A stretch of DNA of 64,000 bases from Thermodesulfobacteriota bacterium (GCA_965198945.1 CBDAQI010000005.1:34459-98458), one strand, 5' to 3'; shown: positions 28,615-39,484, counted from the stretch's first letter. Made by a program: numbers and translations. The notes: generated by a model from the sequence alone, not told the origin.

Positions 28615-30429
28615 CTAAAACGCCTGTCCCACACCCAGAAAAAACTGATATCTTCTCAGCGCGGGATTGGGGTTGAGTGTGTAACCGAAGTCAAACGCTA
28701 TTGGAACCCCCACAACTTTGTATCTGACTCCCCCTCCAATAGCGTATTTCAGGTCATCCAGATCGTAATCAAAACTTCTGGAAAAAACATTTCCGTAGTC
28801 AAGAAAAACAACCCCTCCGAGTTTCTCCCTAATGGGGAATCGCATTTCAAAACTGCCTGTTATCAGAGAGTTTCCACCCAGCGGGTCTTTATTCCGGTCT
28901 ATCGGACCGAGTTCCTGAAAAGCAAAACCTCTCATACTTTTGTTGCCGCCCGCAAAAAGCCTTGAGAATAAGGGGACATTTTTGCGGCGGGTCCGGCCAA
29001 ACGGTTCTATAAAACCCAGCTGAATTTTTTTTGCAAACACTATTTCCGCCAAATCCGCATAGCCCGTTGTTTCAAAAACCGTTTTGAAATACTCTTCGTC
29101 AGAGCCCAGAAACTCACCCGCAATCTCCAAATCCAGACTCGCGGTAAAACCGTTTGAGGGATCAAGAATGTTGTCAGTTCCGTTAAATTCAAAAAACCCC
29201 CCGAGTGTTACAAGAAAGATGTTTTCAAACCCTCTGGTAAGGTCTGTTGCGCCCGCCTGCGATTTTATTTTTGAATCAATCAAAGCGGGAGTGAAACCGA
29301 AGGAAAAAAGACCGTCTGAGAAACTCTTAAGAATTTCCGGGGAAAAAATCAGAAAATCCGCCTCGTAACTGGGATAATCGTCTCTGCGCACATCAAAAAC
29401 CAGAGCGAGGTTTGAATTCCTTCCGGCAAACCCGGCCTGATTGATAACCGCGGCCGCCCATTGTGAGGCGAAAGACGCCCCCGCCGAGATTTCAAGAACC
29501 CTGTTCAGATTGAGGAAATTTCTGTTTTTAAGCTTCACGCGGCCGCGCACCACGTCCACCCTTCCGGCGCCCGCTCCGAACTGAAGCGTCATGGTTTTTT
29601 TTCTCACGGTCTCAACAACCGTGGAAACCACCGCCGCTTCTTTGTCAGTCTCGGAAGTTATGGAAACTGAGTCAAAATATCCGAGTCCCATCAGACGCCT
29701 TTTTGAATCAAACAGCTTTGAAGGAGAACTGGGCTCACCGGTTTTGTAGGAAATATTGTCCGCAACCAGGTCCCGGAGATTTTTATCGGACACACTTATA
29801 TTTATGTCGCCAAAAATATGGATGCGTCCCGGGACAATGGAAAAAGTAACCATGGCGCGTCTCTCCCTGCGCCAGATCTCGGCTTTTGAATCAACGGACG
29901 CGGCGGCGTATCCCATCTCCACCAAAGTGTTTTTAATGACACCTTTGGCTTTCTTGAATCTTTGAACGGAAAATCTCCGACCCTCTTCCAGCGGCACGGT
30001 TTCAAGCGACTTGATTATCCCGGAAACATGTTCGGAGGGAATGTCACCTTCCATGTTAAATTTTATTCCGGAAACTATTACGGGCCTTCCGAGCTGAATG
30101 TCAATCTTCAGATCAAGGTCCCGGCCGTCTGCGCTCGGGTGTGTACGCCAGACCACCGAAGAATCATAGTATCCGTTTCCCGCAAGAAACTGACGCAGAT
30201 ATTCAATGTTTCTCTCAACGGTAAATCTGTCAAAATCAGGATGGTGTTTGCGGAAAAAAAACTTTTTTTCCGGAACGATTTCCGAGATCACGCTCTCTAT
30301 GTCTTTACGGGAAATGACGCCGTTTCCCTTAATTGAAACGCTTGATATTACCGCTTCCCGGGCCGCCGTCGCGGAAGAAAAGGGAAACAGAAAAAAAATC
30401 AGAAGTAATGGAACGGCAAGTCCGCGCAT
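28615..30429 (-). CDS. Omp85 (BamA/TamA) family outer membrane protein
   Basis: Signal peptide, POTRA-like repeats, FAGG..SMRGF and a C-terminal GQAF. Confidence 0.9.
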   Translation of the reverse strand: MRGLAVPLLLIFFLFPFSSATAAREAVISSVSIKGNGVISRKDIESVISEIVPEKKFFFRKHHPDFDRFTVERNIEYLRQFLAGNGYYDSSVVWRTHPSADGRDLDLKIDIQLGRPVIVSGIKFNMEGDIPSEHVSGIIKSLETVPLEEGRRFSVQRFKKAKGVIKNTLVEMGYAAASVDSKAEIWRRERRAMVTFSIVPGRIHIFGDINISVSDKNLRDLVADNISYKTGEPSSPSKLFDSKRRLMGLGYFDSVSITSETDKEAAVVSTVVETVRKKTMTLQFGAGAGRVDVVRGRVKLKNRNFLNLNRVLEISAGASFASQWAAAVINQAGFAGRNSNLALVFDVRRDDYPSYEADFLIFSPEILKSFSDGLFSFGFTPALIDSKIKSQAGATDLTRGFENIFLVTLGGFFEFNGTDNILDPSNGFTASLDLEIAGEFLGSDEEYFKTVFETTGYADLAEIVFAKKIQLGFIEPFGRTRRKNVPLFSRLFAGGNKSMRGFAFQELGPIDRNKDPLGGNSLITGSFEMRFPIREKLGGVVFLDYGNVFSRSFDYDLDDLKYAIGGGVRYKVVGVPIAFDFGYTLNPNPALRRYQFFLGVGQAF

Positions 30430-30468
30430 ATGTGCCCGTTAAAACAATGGAAACGGACCGAAATTTAT

Positions 30469-31500
30469 CTACTGTCCTTCCAGTATGTCATATCCTGTGA
30501 TTGACATACTTTTTTCAGCCATTGTTTCAACATATTCCTTCTTAACCATTCCCGCATTAAGGGCTTTTGAAATGCGCATAAGCGCTATTTTTGCGGTGGC
30601 CTCATCAACCATCTGACCGGTTTCGGGGTCAAACATGCTTCCGCCGCCCTGCTTGTGGTAGAAGTCCAACTGATATTTTGCCTCTTCAAGCTGCTTCACA
30701 GTGGGGCTGAAGGCCTTGTTGGCCGTCTCCGCCTGTTGGGGATGGATAACCCATGTCCCGTCCATTCCTATTTCCGCGGAGCCCCGGCACTTTTTCTCAA
30801 GGCCGGACTCAACCGTTTTGACGGTTTCGGGACTGTCATCTTTTCTCCATATTCTCAAATAAACGTTGTCTATGGCGTGAAGTCCCGCGGCTTTGGCGGC
30901 GGTGACAACGGCTTTTTTCTCATAGTAGAAAATCTCGTTCTGCCTGTCCAGCAAAAGGTCGGGGTCAAGACCGAGCTCGGCCGCGTAGTCTGCTATGCCG
31001 AAAACAAGGCCCGCCATTCTCGGGGAAGCGGTCGCAATTTCGTAGGCGTATTTCAGCGCGCGCGGGCGTTCTATCAGCGCTTCTATGGCAACCTTCGTTT
31101 TCCAACCGTGTTTTTCTTCAAGTTTGTCCAGCAGGTCTGAAACAATTTTGATGTCTTCGGGACCGTTTGATTTGGGAACAATCACTCCGTGAAACCTGTC
31201 CACGGCTCCGCTCATAACCGCCTCAAGGTCTCCCTTGAAAAAATCAGAGCGCACATTGTTGGGACGAACCGTTATAACCTTTTTGCCGAAATCAAGGGTG
31301 TTGAGCGCCTCAACCATGGTCTTTCTGCTCTTGTCTCCCTTGAAATCATATGGACATGCGTCTTCAAGGTCTGCCATTACATGGTCAACCGGGGCCTTCA
31401 CGGGATCGGCGGCATTTGAGTGAAGTTTCATGTTGTGCCCCGGATAAGTAAGTTCCGTTCTCGGAACCACAATTCTTGAACCATTTTCCAATATAAACAT
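30469..31500 (-). CDS. CitE-family CoA-ester lyase, probable malyl-CoA/beta-methylmalyl-CoA lyase
   Basis: DLEDAC, VPKS, LIE, FGIADY and G.W.IHP.Q motifs. Downstream of an Mcd-like dehydrogenase. Confidence 0.75.
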   Translation of the reverse strand: MFILENGSRIVVPRTELTYPGHNMKLHSNAADPVKAPVDHVMADLEDACPYDFKGDKSRKTMVEALNTLDFGKKVITVRPNNVRSDFFKGDLEAVMSGAVDRFHGVIVPKSNGPEDIKIVSDLLDKLEEKHGWKTKVAIEALIERPRALKYAYEIATASPRMAGLVFGIADYAAELGLDPDLLLDRQNEIFYYEKKAVVTAAKAAGLHAIDNVYLRIWRKDDSPETVKTVESGLEKKCRGSAEIGMDGTWVIHPQQAETANKAFSPTVKQLEEAKYQLDFYHKQGGGSMFDPETGQMVDEATAKIALMRISKALNAGMVKKEYVETMAEKSMSITGYDILEGQ

Positions 31501-31537
31501 TTTTTCCTCCTTGTTTCCTTATCTTTTAAAAATCGGT

Positions 31538-32704
31538 TCAGTAGATTTCCAGAAGTCTTCTGGCGATTACTTCGTGCTGTATCTCGCTTGTGCCCTCAAA
31601 AATGCTGAACACTCTGGCGTCCCGCCAGTATCTCTCCATGGGATACTCCGAAGAATATCCGTAACTGCCGAAAATTTGCATCGCTTCTCTTGTTACAAAC
31701 TCCGCCATTTCGGCTCCCTTGGCTTTGGCTATGCCTGCTTCAAGGTCGCAGCGTTTGCCGCTGTCTTTCTTCTCAGCCGCAACATATGTCAGGTTGCGGG
31801 CGGCTTCAAGCTCAACCGCCATATGGGAAAGTTTGTGCCTTATTATCTGAAAGTCACCTATCGGCTGTCCAAACTGCATGCGTTCTTTTGAGTATTTGAT
31901 CGCTTCCTCAAAAGCCGCCTGCCCGACTCCGACCGCTCTTGCAGCAGTCTGGATTCTGGCCGCTTCAAAGGTGGTCATAAGGTGATAAAAACCTTTGCTC
32001 TCCTCCATACCCAGAAGGTTCTCCGCCGGAACCCTGCACTCGTCAAAACTGACCGTGAAAGACTTCATTCCGTGATAACCGATTGTGGGAATTGGGCCGC
32101 CCGAAATGTTCGGATGATCCAGTTTCTCCGACGGCTCTTTTTCAACCAGAAATATACTGAGCCCTTTGTGTCTTTTGGAAGGATCGGGGTCAGTGCGCGC
32201 AAGGACGGCGAGCACACCCGCACGGTTGGCAAAAGTACACCAGGTTTTCTCCCCGTGCAAAACGTAATGGTCGCCGTCTTTTGTAGCTCCCACTTTGATG
32301 CCGGCCAAATCCGAACCGTTGTCGGGCTCGGTAAAAGCGGCGGCGGACATCAGCTGACCGCTTGCAAGACCGGGAAGAAACTTTTTCTTCTGCTCCTCGG
32401 TTCCGCCGTTCTGAAGAAGCGTTCCGGTAATTATGTTTCTGGTCATAACGCTTCCGGCGCCGAGCAGCCCTCTGCTCAACTCTTCCGCCACTATGGCCAT
32501 GCTCATATAGTCCATCCCCACTCCGCCGTATTCTTCGGGAAATATCATGCCGAAATACCCCAAATTCCCCATTTCTTTTATAATTTCCGGCGGAATCTCC
32601 CTGTTTTCATTGTGAATTTCCGCGGCAATCGGAAAGATTTTCTCCTCCGTGAATTTCCTTACCGATTGTCTGATCTCATCGTGCTCACTTGTGCATAAAG
32701 GCAT
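31538..32704 (-). CDS. Acyl-CoA dehydrogenase, probable (2S)-methylsuccinyl-CoA dehydrogenase
   Basis: FTEPDNGSDL, IGYHGMK, LMTTFEAARIQTAARAVG and SIFEG; resembles the Mcd subfamily. Confidence 0.75.
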   Translation of the reverse strand: MPLCTSEHDEIRQSVRKFTEEKIFPIAAEIHNENREIPPEIIKEMGNLGYFGMIFPEEYGGVGMDYMSMAIVAEELSRGLLGAGSVMTRNIITGTLLQNGGTEEQKKKFLPGLASGQLMSAAAFTEPDNGSDLAGIKVGATKDGDHYVLHGEKTWCTFANRAGVLAVLARTDPDPSKRHKGLSIFLVEKEPSEKLDHPNISGGPIPTIGYHGMKSFTVSFDECRVPAENLLGMEESKGFYHLMTTFEAARIQTAARAVGVGQAAFEEAIKYSKERMQFGQPIGDFQIIRHKLSHMAVELEAARNLTYVAAEKKDSGKRCDLEAGIAKAKGAEMAEFVTREAMQIFGSYGYSSEYPMERYWRDARVFSIFEGTSEIQHEVIARRLLEIY

Positions 32705-32803
32705 TTACGTCTTTTCTCCCGTTAATTCTGAATGTTTAATGTATTTTCCAATCGCGATAAAGAAGGGAAAAACTGCAATATGAAACCTGAACGACTTGCT
32801 TTG

Positions 32804-33427
32804 TCAATACACAGCGGCTGATTCGAGACTTGTTTTACAGACCAGATACTTAATTTTGTCCCCTCTCTGTCTGAAGATTTTTTCAAATCTGGTTTCGGGC
32901 CTGCCGGCGGGACACGGAAGAAACTCCGCGCTTTGAAACCTTCCGGAACGGCTGAAAACCTCCCCGGCAAAGCCAATGTAGCCTTCATGGTCACTGGTTA
33001 TTTCAACAAAACCGCCCGGGGCCAGCGCCGAGGCGAGCAGAGAAACAAAATCGCCGTTGATGATTCTGTGTTTGAGGTGTCTGTCCTTGGGCCATGGATC
33101 GGGGAAATTGATATAAACACGGTAAAGAGACTCGCGTGCGAAACAGGCAACTGCGAAACAGGCGTCCAGATGGATAAATTTAAGGTTTTCCGCGCGGCTT
33201 TTCTCGGTTTTTTTTACGGCTTTTCTGAACCTTCCGGTCTTAATTTCAACCCCGATGTGGTTGAAACCGGGCATCAGATGCGAAAGTTCAAGCAGAAACT
33301 CCCCGTTTCCGCACCCGATATCCAGTGTCAGGGGCTTTGAATTGCCAAAAACCGTTTCTCCCCGTATCGGGGGAATGTGTTCCGACACATCAAACACCGC
33401 AGACGAAGCGGAACGGTGCGGACTCAT
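32804..33427 (-). CDS. trmB: tRNA (guanine-N7)-methyltransferase
   Basis: DIGCGNG, FPDPWPKDRH and TRFE motifs. Confidence 0.93.
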   Translation of the reverse strand: MSPHRSASSAVFDVSEHIPPIRGETVFGNSKPLTLDIGCGNGEFLLELSHLMPGFNHIGVEIKTGRFRKAVKKTEKSRAENLKFIHLDACFAVACFARESLYRVYINFPDPWPKDRHLKHRIINGDFVSLLASALAPGGFVEITSDHEGYIGFAGEVFSRSGRFQSAEFLPCPAGRPETRFEKIFRQRGDKIKYLVCKTSLESAAVY

Positions 33428-34506
33428 AACAGATTCTCATCAACCGCGATGGAATGGCGCCCGGCAGACTCCGTGATTTCCCCTATTCGCCGGGGCAGAG
33501 CCATCTCCACCCTTCCGGAGCGGGCTTTTTTATCAAGTTTCATGGCTTCAAAAAGCCGTGCGGATTCAATTTTATCAGGCACACGGGCCGGAAGACCGGC
33601 CGCTTTGATTAGGTTTTCAATTCTCTGTGTTTCAGCGTCGGAAAGAAAGCCCATTTTCTGAGATATCCGCGCCTCAGACACCATTCCAATGGCAACCGCC
33701 CGGCCGTGCGAAATTGAGTAGCCGGAAAGTTTTTCAACGGCATGCCCCACTGTGTGTCCAAAATTGAGTATTTTTCTCAAATCGCTTTCTCTCTCATCTT
33801 TTTCCACAACATCGGCTTTTATTGAACAGCTCCTCTCCACTATGTGGAAAAGCATATCCTCGTCGCCCTTGAGGATCGCGTCCATGTTTTTTTCAAGAAA
33901 CGCAAACAGTTCGGGGTCTTTTATAACGCCGTATTTTATGACCTCCGCAACCCCCTCAATTATTTCCGGGGTTTCCAGTGTTGAGAGAAGGGATATGTCG
34001 GCATAAACCCCGGCCGGCTGGTGAAATGCGCCGATAAGGTTTTTCCCCGCCGGTGTGTCAACACCGGTTTTCCCGCCGACCGCGCTGTCAACACAGGCGA
34101 CAAGTGTCGTGGGAACCTGAATATACGGTATGCCTCTGCAATATGTGGCGGCCACAAAACCGCCCAGATCTCCGGCAACACCCCCTCCGAGCGCAATTAA
34201 CGCACAGTCTCTTCCGAACATGGCGTTCTGCATCATATCCTCAATGTTTTGTTTCGTTTCCCTAGTTTTTCCGCTCTCGCCCGCAGGAAACTCAAAAAGC
34301 TCCGTGCGGCGGATATGTTTTTTCAACTCAAGCATAAGAGCGGGAGCGTGGATGCGCGCCACATTGGAATCCGCAACCACGGCCCAGCGGTCTATGCCGG
34401 AAATTGCGGCAATATCGGAGGCGAGAAGGGAGAAAAGCGCACGGCCTATCTTAATTTGATACGAACCGCCGCCGGTCCGGACTTCCAGTTGGGATTTGAT
34501 GAGCAT
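33424..34506 (-). CDS. aroB: 3-dehydroquinate synthase
   Basis: GGGVAGD, PTTL..CVDSAVGGKTG and LNFGHT.GH motifs. Confidence 0.96.
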   Translation of the reverse strand: MLIKSQLEVRTGGGSYQIKIGRALFSLLASDIAAISGIDRWAVVADSNVARIHAPALMLELKKHIRRTELFEFPAGESGKTRETKQNIEDMMQNAMFGRDCALIALGGGVAGDLGGFVAATYCRGIPYIQVPTTLVACVDSAVGGKTGVDTPAGKNLIGAFHQPAGVYADISLLSTLETPEIIEGVAEVIKYGVIKDPELFAFLEKNMDAILKGDEDMLFHIVERSCSIKADVVEKDERESDLRKILNFGHTVGHAVEKLSGYSISHGRAVAIGMVSEARISQKMGFLSDAETQRIENLIKAAGLPARVPDKIESARLFEAMKLDKKARSGRVEMALPRRIGEITESAGRHSIAVDENLL

Positions 34507-34517
34507 TTGTGATCGTC

Positions 34518-35036
34518 TCAGACCTCAAATTGAACGACTGAAAAAACCGGTTTTTCAAGTTTCAGCGCCCCCTGAAGCCCGGTGAGTTCAATAAGGAACA
34601 GATAGCCCGCAACCAATCCTCCGACTTTTTCCACAAGCCTTCCCGATACTTCTGCCGTCCCTCCGGTCGCAAGCAGGTCGTCAACAATGAGAACTTTTTC
34701 CCCTTTCTCAACGGCGTCTTTGTGAATTTCAAGCGAGTCCGTTCCGTATTCCAAATCGTAGGACTCCCCCTGGGTTGAGTGGGGCAGTTTGCCCATTTTT
34801 CTTATTAAAACCATGCCTTTGCCGAGTTTTGAACAAAGGGCGGACGCAAAAATGAACCCTCTTGATTCTATCGCGGCTATTGTGTCAAACTCAACGTCTT
34901 TTACAAAATCCAGCATACAGTCAACCGCCTCTAAAAAAGCCGCGCCATTCTGGAGCAGCGGGGTTATATCGTGAAAACAGATGCCTTTTCTGGGAAAGTC
35001 GTAGATGTCCCGTATATGGCTTTTGATATCAATCAT
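34518..35036 (-). CDS. apt: Adenine phosphoribosyltransferase
   Basis: DFPRKGI.F.DIT, ESRGF and VDDLLATGGT motifs. Start ATG 35036. Confidence 0.96.
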   Translation of the reverse strand: MIDIKSHIRDIYDFPRKGICFHDITPLLQNGAAFLEAVDCMLDFVKDVEFDTIAAIESRGFIFASALCSKLGKGMVLIRKMGKLPHSTQGESYDLEYGTDSLEIHKDAVEKGEKVLIVDDLLATGGTAEVSGRLVEKVGGLVAGYLFLIELTGLQGALKLEKPVFSVVQFEV

Positions 35037-35061
35037 AAAATCTCTGTTATTATAGCACACT

Positions 35062-35667
35062 ATGAGTTTTTCCTCCGGGCCATCAAGACATAAGATTCCG
35101 GGAGCCTTCTGTGCTTTTTTCGTCCTGCTGTTCTGCGCCGCAAACGCACGCGCTGATGCGCTGCTGGGTTTTGACTTTATGATTTCCTCAAAACAGGCTT
35201 TTGCCAGAGCGGCGGAAACGGGTCTTGAGGTTGTTGAGGAAGGAAAAAACAAAGACGCGAGAAAAGAGTCGGTTTTCAAAGGAGCGGCTGTGGATATAGC
35301 CTCAACGGGGGAAAAATCAAAAACAAGAATCTCTTTTTTTAAGGACAGAATTGAGTCGGTGGCGATTATCATTGAAGATGCGGAAACGGATGACGTGCTT
35401 GCGGTTGAAAAATTCGTATATGACATTTACGGCAAGCCCGACCTTGAAGAAAAGGTTTTTTCCTTCAGGGTAAAGTCGTGGAACCTGCCGGACTCAAAAC
35501 TTGTTTTAAGCAGTTCGGACGGAGGTGTTTTGAAACTCTCCCACACTCATTTACAGACCAGAAAAGAAAGACGTGAGAGGGATTTCGCAAAAGACAAACT
35601 CAAAGATAAGAGACATCCCGTCCAGAAGATGATTGACGGCGATTACTCTAAACCGGAATACAGATAA
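35062..35667 (+). CDS. Hypothetical exported protein
   Basis: 201-aa ORF with a signal-peptide-like N-terminus, filling the gap between apt and ecm. Confidence 0.6.
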   Translation: MSFSSGPSRHKIPGAFCAFFVLLFCAANARADALLGFDFMISSKQAFARAAETGLEVVEEGKNKDARKESVFKGAAVDIASTGEKSKTRISFFKDRIESVAIIIEDAETDDVLAVEKFVYDIYGKPDLEEKVFSFRVKSWNLPDSKLVLSSSDGGVLKLSHTHLQTRKERRERDFAKDKLKDKRHPVQKMIDGDYSKPEYR

Positions 35668-35673
35668 GAACAC

Positions 35674-37683
35674 TCAAGCGCAAGCGCTCTTTTCAAAAAC
35701 AATGTCCGCAATGTCATTCATTATGTGCGTCAGAGAAAAATCCTTCGGGGTATAGACTCTGCTCACGCCGGACTTTATGAGTTTTTCCACATCTTCATCG
35801 GGTATTATTCCGCCCGTAAGCACGGGCACATCGTCCATCCCTCTGCTTTTGAGCATTTTCATTATTTTCGGAACCACTGTGTTGTGAGAGCCCGAAAGTA
35901 TACTCAGACCGATGAGATCAACATTTTCCTGCTCGGCGGCGCTTACTATCTGTTCCGGGGTAAGACGGATCCCCTGATACAGCACCTCCATACCCATGTC
36001 CCTTGCGCGAACGGCAATTTGCTCGGCGCCGTTTGAATGTCCGTCAAGACCGGGCTTTCCGATTAGAATTTTAGGGGGCCTGCCGAGTTTCTCTTTTATG
36101 CGCCGGACAAGAGCCATTACATCCCGCTCATCATCGGGCTTTGTGCCGCGTCCCGTCCGGACGGAGGCGCCTGTGGGAGCCCTGTATTCACCGAACTCTT
36201 TTCTGAGAGTGTCAGCCCACTCACCCGTTGTAACGCCTGAACGCGCACACTCAATTGAGGCCGGCATAATATTCTCCCCTCTTCGCGCCGCGCGGGAAAG
36301 GGCGAGGAGCGATTTTTCCACCCTTTTGGAGTTTCTTTTTTTTCTGAAAGCGGCAAGCCGTTTTATCTGTTCTTTCACAAGTGCGGGGGAAACTTTGTGT
36401 ATTGAGGTCTCCAGCGACTTTGTAAGCGGAGAATCCTCGGTCTCGGTAAAACAGTTCACACCGACGCGCATAACATCACCCGATTCAATGGCCGCCATCC
36501 GTTTTGCGTTTGAGGCGACAAGCCCTTCTTTCATATAGCCTATGCTTTCAATGGCTCCTCCCATGGCGGCTATTTTTTTCGCTTCGGCAAGCGACTGTTT
36601 TTTAAGTTCTCTGACTTTGGCGTTTATAACTTTTGAGCCGTCAAAAATATCCGGATATTCAAGAATGTCGGTTTCAAAAGCGAGTATCTGCTGAAAACGC
36701 AGAGACCACTGCTGATCCCAGGGACGCGGAAGGCCAAGCGCCTCGTTCCAGGCCGGAAGCTGAATTGCTCTCGCCCTTGCGTTCTTTGAAAGCGTAACGT
36801 CAAGCATCTGAAGTATGATTCGCGCCACATTGTTCTCAGGCTGGTCGGCGGTCAGGCAGAGGGAATTGACTTGAACCCCGTAGCGGAACCTGCGGAATTT
36901 TTCATCTTTGACACCGTATCTCTTTGCCGTAAGATCGTCCCAAATCTCGGCAAGTGCCCGCAGTTTACAGATTTCTTCCACAAAACGGATTCCCGCATTT
37001 ACAAAAAACGATATTCTGCCGACCAGCTGCGGAAAGTCTTTTTCAGACACCGCTCCGCCTTCCCTTACGGCATCAAGCACGGCCGTGGCGTTTGATATCG
37101 TATAGGCGATCTCCTGAACCGGGGTGGCTCCCGCTTCCTGCAGATGGTAACTGCAGATGTTTATCGGATTCCATTTCGGCACATTTTCGTAACAATATGC
37201 GATTATGTCGGAAATGAGCCTCATTGAGTGCGCGGGCGGAAATATGTATGTGCCACGTGAAAGATATTCTTTTATTATATCGTTCTGAGTGGTGCCCTGA
37301 AGCGGGGATGAATCCGAGCCGCGCTTTTCCGCAACCGCTATGTATAGGGCAAGAAGCCATGCGGCGGTGGCATTGATGGTCATTGAGGTGTTCATCTTTT
37401 CAAGCGGTATGCCTTCAAAAAGCTCTTCCATATCCTCAATATGGCAGACGGGAACCCCGACTTTGCCGACTTCTCCCTCGGCCAGGGGGCTGTCGCTGTC
37501 ATAGCCCGTCTGGGTGGGCAGGTCAAACGCGACGCTGAGACCGGTCTGGCCCTTGTCAAGGTTTTTTCTGTAAAGTTCGTTTGAAGCCTTTGCCGTTGAA
37601 TGCCCCGCATAAGTGCGCATTATCCAAGGACGGTCTTTTGTTTTTTCCGGTTTTGAGGCTTTGCCGTTTTTCAAAGATGACAT
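35674..37683 (-). CDS. ecm: Ethylmalonyl-CoA mutase (MeaA/Ecm), B12-dependent
   Basis: DRPWIMRTYAGHS and YGVQVNSL (Ecm-type) plus the DGHSNG B12-binding motif. Confidence 0.9.
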   Translation of the reverse strand: MSSLKNGKASKPEKTKDRPWIMRTYAGHSTAKASNELYRKNLDKGQTGLSVAFDLPTQTGYDSDSPLAEGEVGKVGVPVCHIEDMEELFEGIPLEKMNTSMTINATAAWLLALYIAVAEKRGSDSSPLQGTTQNDIIKEYLSRGTYIFPPAHSMRLISDIIAYCYENVPKWNPINICSYHLQEAGATPVQEIAYTISNATAVLDAVREGGAVSEKDFPQLVGRISFFVNAGIRFVEEICKLRALAEIWDDLTAKRYGVKDEKFRRFRYGVQVNSLCLTADQPENNVARIILQMLDVTLSKNARARAIQLPAWNEALGLPRPWDQQWSLRFQQILAFETDILEYPDIFDGSKVINAKVRELKKQSLAEAKKIAAMGGAIESIGYMKEGLVASNAKRMAAIESGDVMRVGVNCFTETEDSPLTKSLETSIHKVSPALVKEQIKRLAAFRKKRNSKRVEKSLLALSRAARRGENIMPASIECARSGVTTGEWADTLRKEFGEYRAPTGASVRTGRGTKPDDERDVMALVRRIKEKLGRPPKILIGKPGLDGHSNGAEQIAVRARDMGMEVLYQGIRLTPEQIVSAAEQENVDLIGLSILSGSHNTVVPKIMKMLKSRGMDDVPVLTGGIIPDEDVEKLIKSGVSRVYTPKDFSLTHIMNDIADIVFEKSACA

Positions 37684-37704
37684 TAAACCTTTCCCTCATC
37701 CGTA

Positions 37705-37732
37705 ATTGTAAAAGCGCGGCGGCGCAAGTCAA
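37705..37732 (-). promoter_or_regulatory. Sigma70-type promoter for ecm
   Basis: TTGACT-N16-TACAAT on the minus strand. Confidence 0.55.
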
Positions 37733-37811
37733 GGAAGAGGGAGAATTCGCAACTTATAACCTTTTGCCTTTGTGGTATAGTGTTAATTCCAGTTAAGCGG
37801 GAGAATTAAAA

Positions 37812-38843
37812 ATGATAGTGGTAATGAAGAACTCCGCCACGGCGGAGGAAATCAGCAGGATTATATCTTCAATTGAAGAGCTCGGCTATAAAGCTCATCC
37901 GATAGAAGGGGTTCTGCGAACGGTAATAGGGGTTGTGGGAGATGACAGAGACAAGGCCGCTCACCGGGAAAACCTTGCCCTGCTCGGCGGTGTGGAAAAG
38001 GTCGTCCCGATTCTTCAACCCTTTAAACTCGCAAGCCGTGAAATCAAAGACACAACCTCGGAAATAGCCGTGGGAGATACAAAAATCGGCGGCACGGAAA
38101 TCAGCGTCATAGCCGGCCCCTGCTCGGTTGAGAGCGAAGAGCAGATAATGACAACAGCAAAATCAGTAAAGGCGGCCGGCGCACAAATGCTTAGGGGCGG
38201 CGCCTATAAGCCGCGAACATCGCCCTACTCGTTTCAGGGCCTGGGCAAGGAAGGGCTTGACCTGATGATGCAGGCGAAAAAAGAAACCGGCCTTCTTCTT
38301 GTAACGGAAATAATGGATGCAAGCGACATTGACAAAGTTGAAGACTATGCGGACGTTCTGCAGATAGGCGCCAGAAATTCACAGAACTACTCACTTTTGA
38401 AAGTTGTCGGGAGATCAAAAAAGCCTGTTCTGCTGAAAAGAGGGCTTTCAACCACCATAAACGAGTTTCTCATGTGCGCGGAATACATACTTTCCGAAGG
38501 AAACCCGAACGTAATACTGTGCGAGAGGGGAATAAGAACTTTTGAAACGGCGACGAGAAACACTTTTGACCTGAACGCCATACCGGTTCTAAAAGAAAAG
38601 ACCCACCTTCCGATAGTGGCGGATCCGAGCCATGGAACGGGATACTGGAACTACGTTACCCCAGTTGCGATGGCTGCGGTCGCCGCAGGCGCTGACGGGC
38701 TGATGGTTGAAGTCCACAACGAGCCCGAAAAAGCATTCAGCGACGGAGGGCAGTCTCTGAAACCGAAAAAATTTGAAGACCTGATGAGAAAAACAGCCCT
38801 GGTGGCGGAAGCGGTAAAAAGAACCTTAAAATCCCCCGATTAG
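37812..38843 (+). CDS. aroF: DAHP synthase type I-beta with N-terminal regulatory domain
   Basis: [25 protein letters not shown] and DPSHG motifs. Confidence 0.95.
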   Translation: MIVVMKNSATAEEISRIISSIEELGYKAHPIEGVLRTVIGVVGDDRDKAAHRENLALLGGVEKVVPILQPFKLASREIKDTTSEIAVGDTKIGGTEISVIAGPCSVESEEQIMTTAKSVKAAGAQMLRGGAYKPRTSPYSFQGLGKEGLDLMMQAKKETGLLLVTEIMDASDIDKVEDYADVLQIGARNSQNYSLLKVVGRSKKPVLLKRGLSTTINEFLMCAEYILSEGNPNVILCERGIRTFETATRNTFDLNAIPVLKEKTHLPIVADPSHGTGYWNYVTPVAMAAVAAGADGLMVEVHNEPEKAFSDGGQSLKPKKFEDLMRKTALVAEAVKRTLKSPD

Positions 38844-38855
38844 CCGGATTGAAAG

Positions 38856-39458
38856 CTAATTGACGGATACTTTTCCGTCCACAAGTTTTATCTTCCCGGC
38901 GGCGAAAAGCCTTATTACTTCAGGATACATGCGATGTTCCTTACGGTGTATTTTTTCAGCGAGAGTGTGCTCAGTGTCACCGTGTTCCACAGACACCGCT
39001 GAATGAGCTATTACCGGGCCCGTGTCAACTCCCTCGTCAACAAAATGCACCGTACAGCCCGTTTTCTTCACCCCGGAATGAAGAGCGCGCTTCACGGCTC
39101 CCATGCCCGGAAAATCCGGCAGCAGGGACGGATGAATATTGATTATTTTCCCGTAAAACCTCTTCACAAAACCGGGAGACAGTATTCTCATAAAACCGGC
39201 AAGCACTATCAAGTCAGGACCGTATTGCAGCAGACGGGAAATGATTTCCGCCTCAAAATCCGCGCTTGACTGAAAACAAGAGCGGTCAACAACCTCAACC
39301 GGCAATCCGCCCAAACGAGCTCTTCCAATCGCCCGTGCGTGCGGATTGTCAGACACGACCGGCGCAATAACAACATCTTTTATTGCGGCGTCCATAATTG
39401 CCTGAAGATTTCTTCCGGCGCCCGAAACAAAAACGGATACTGTGAAGACCGGAGACAT
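38856..39458 (-). CDS. purN: Phosphoribosylglycinamide formyltransferase
   Basis: SG.G.NLQA, LAGFMRIL, NIHPSLLP and HFVDEGVDTG motifs. Confidence 0.96.
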   Translation of the reverse strand: MSPVFTVSVFVSGAGRNLQAIMDAAIKDVVIAPVVSDNPHARAIGRARLGGLPVEVVDRSCFQSSADFEAEIISRLLQYGPDLIVLAGFMRILSPGFVKRFYGKIINIHPSLLPDFPGMGAVKRALHSGVKKTGCTVHFVDEGVDTGPVIAHSAVSVEHGDTEHTLAEKIHRKEHRMYPEVIRLFAAGKIKLVDGKVSVN

Positions 39459-39484
39459 AGGGAATACGTCGGTATGTCGAAAGA

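Noticed and set aside
34518..35426. 302-aa Apt fusion
   Set aside because: The extension is the antisense of the neighbouring ORF; Apt starts at ATG 35036.
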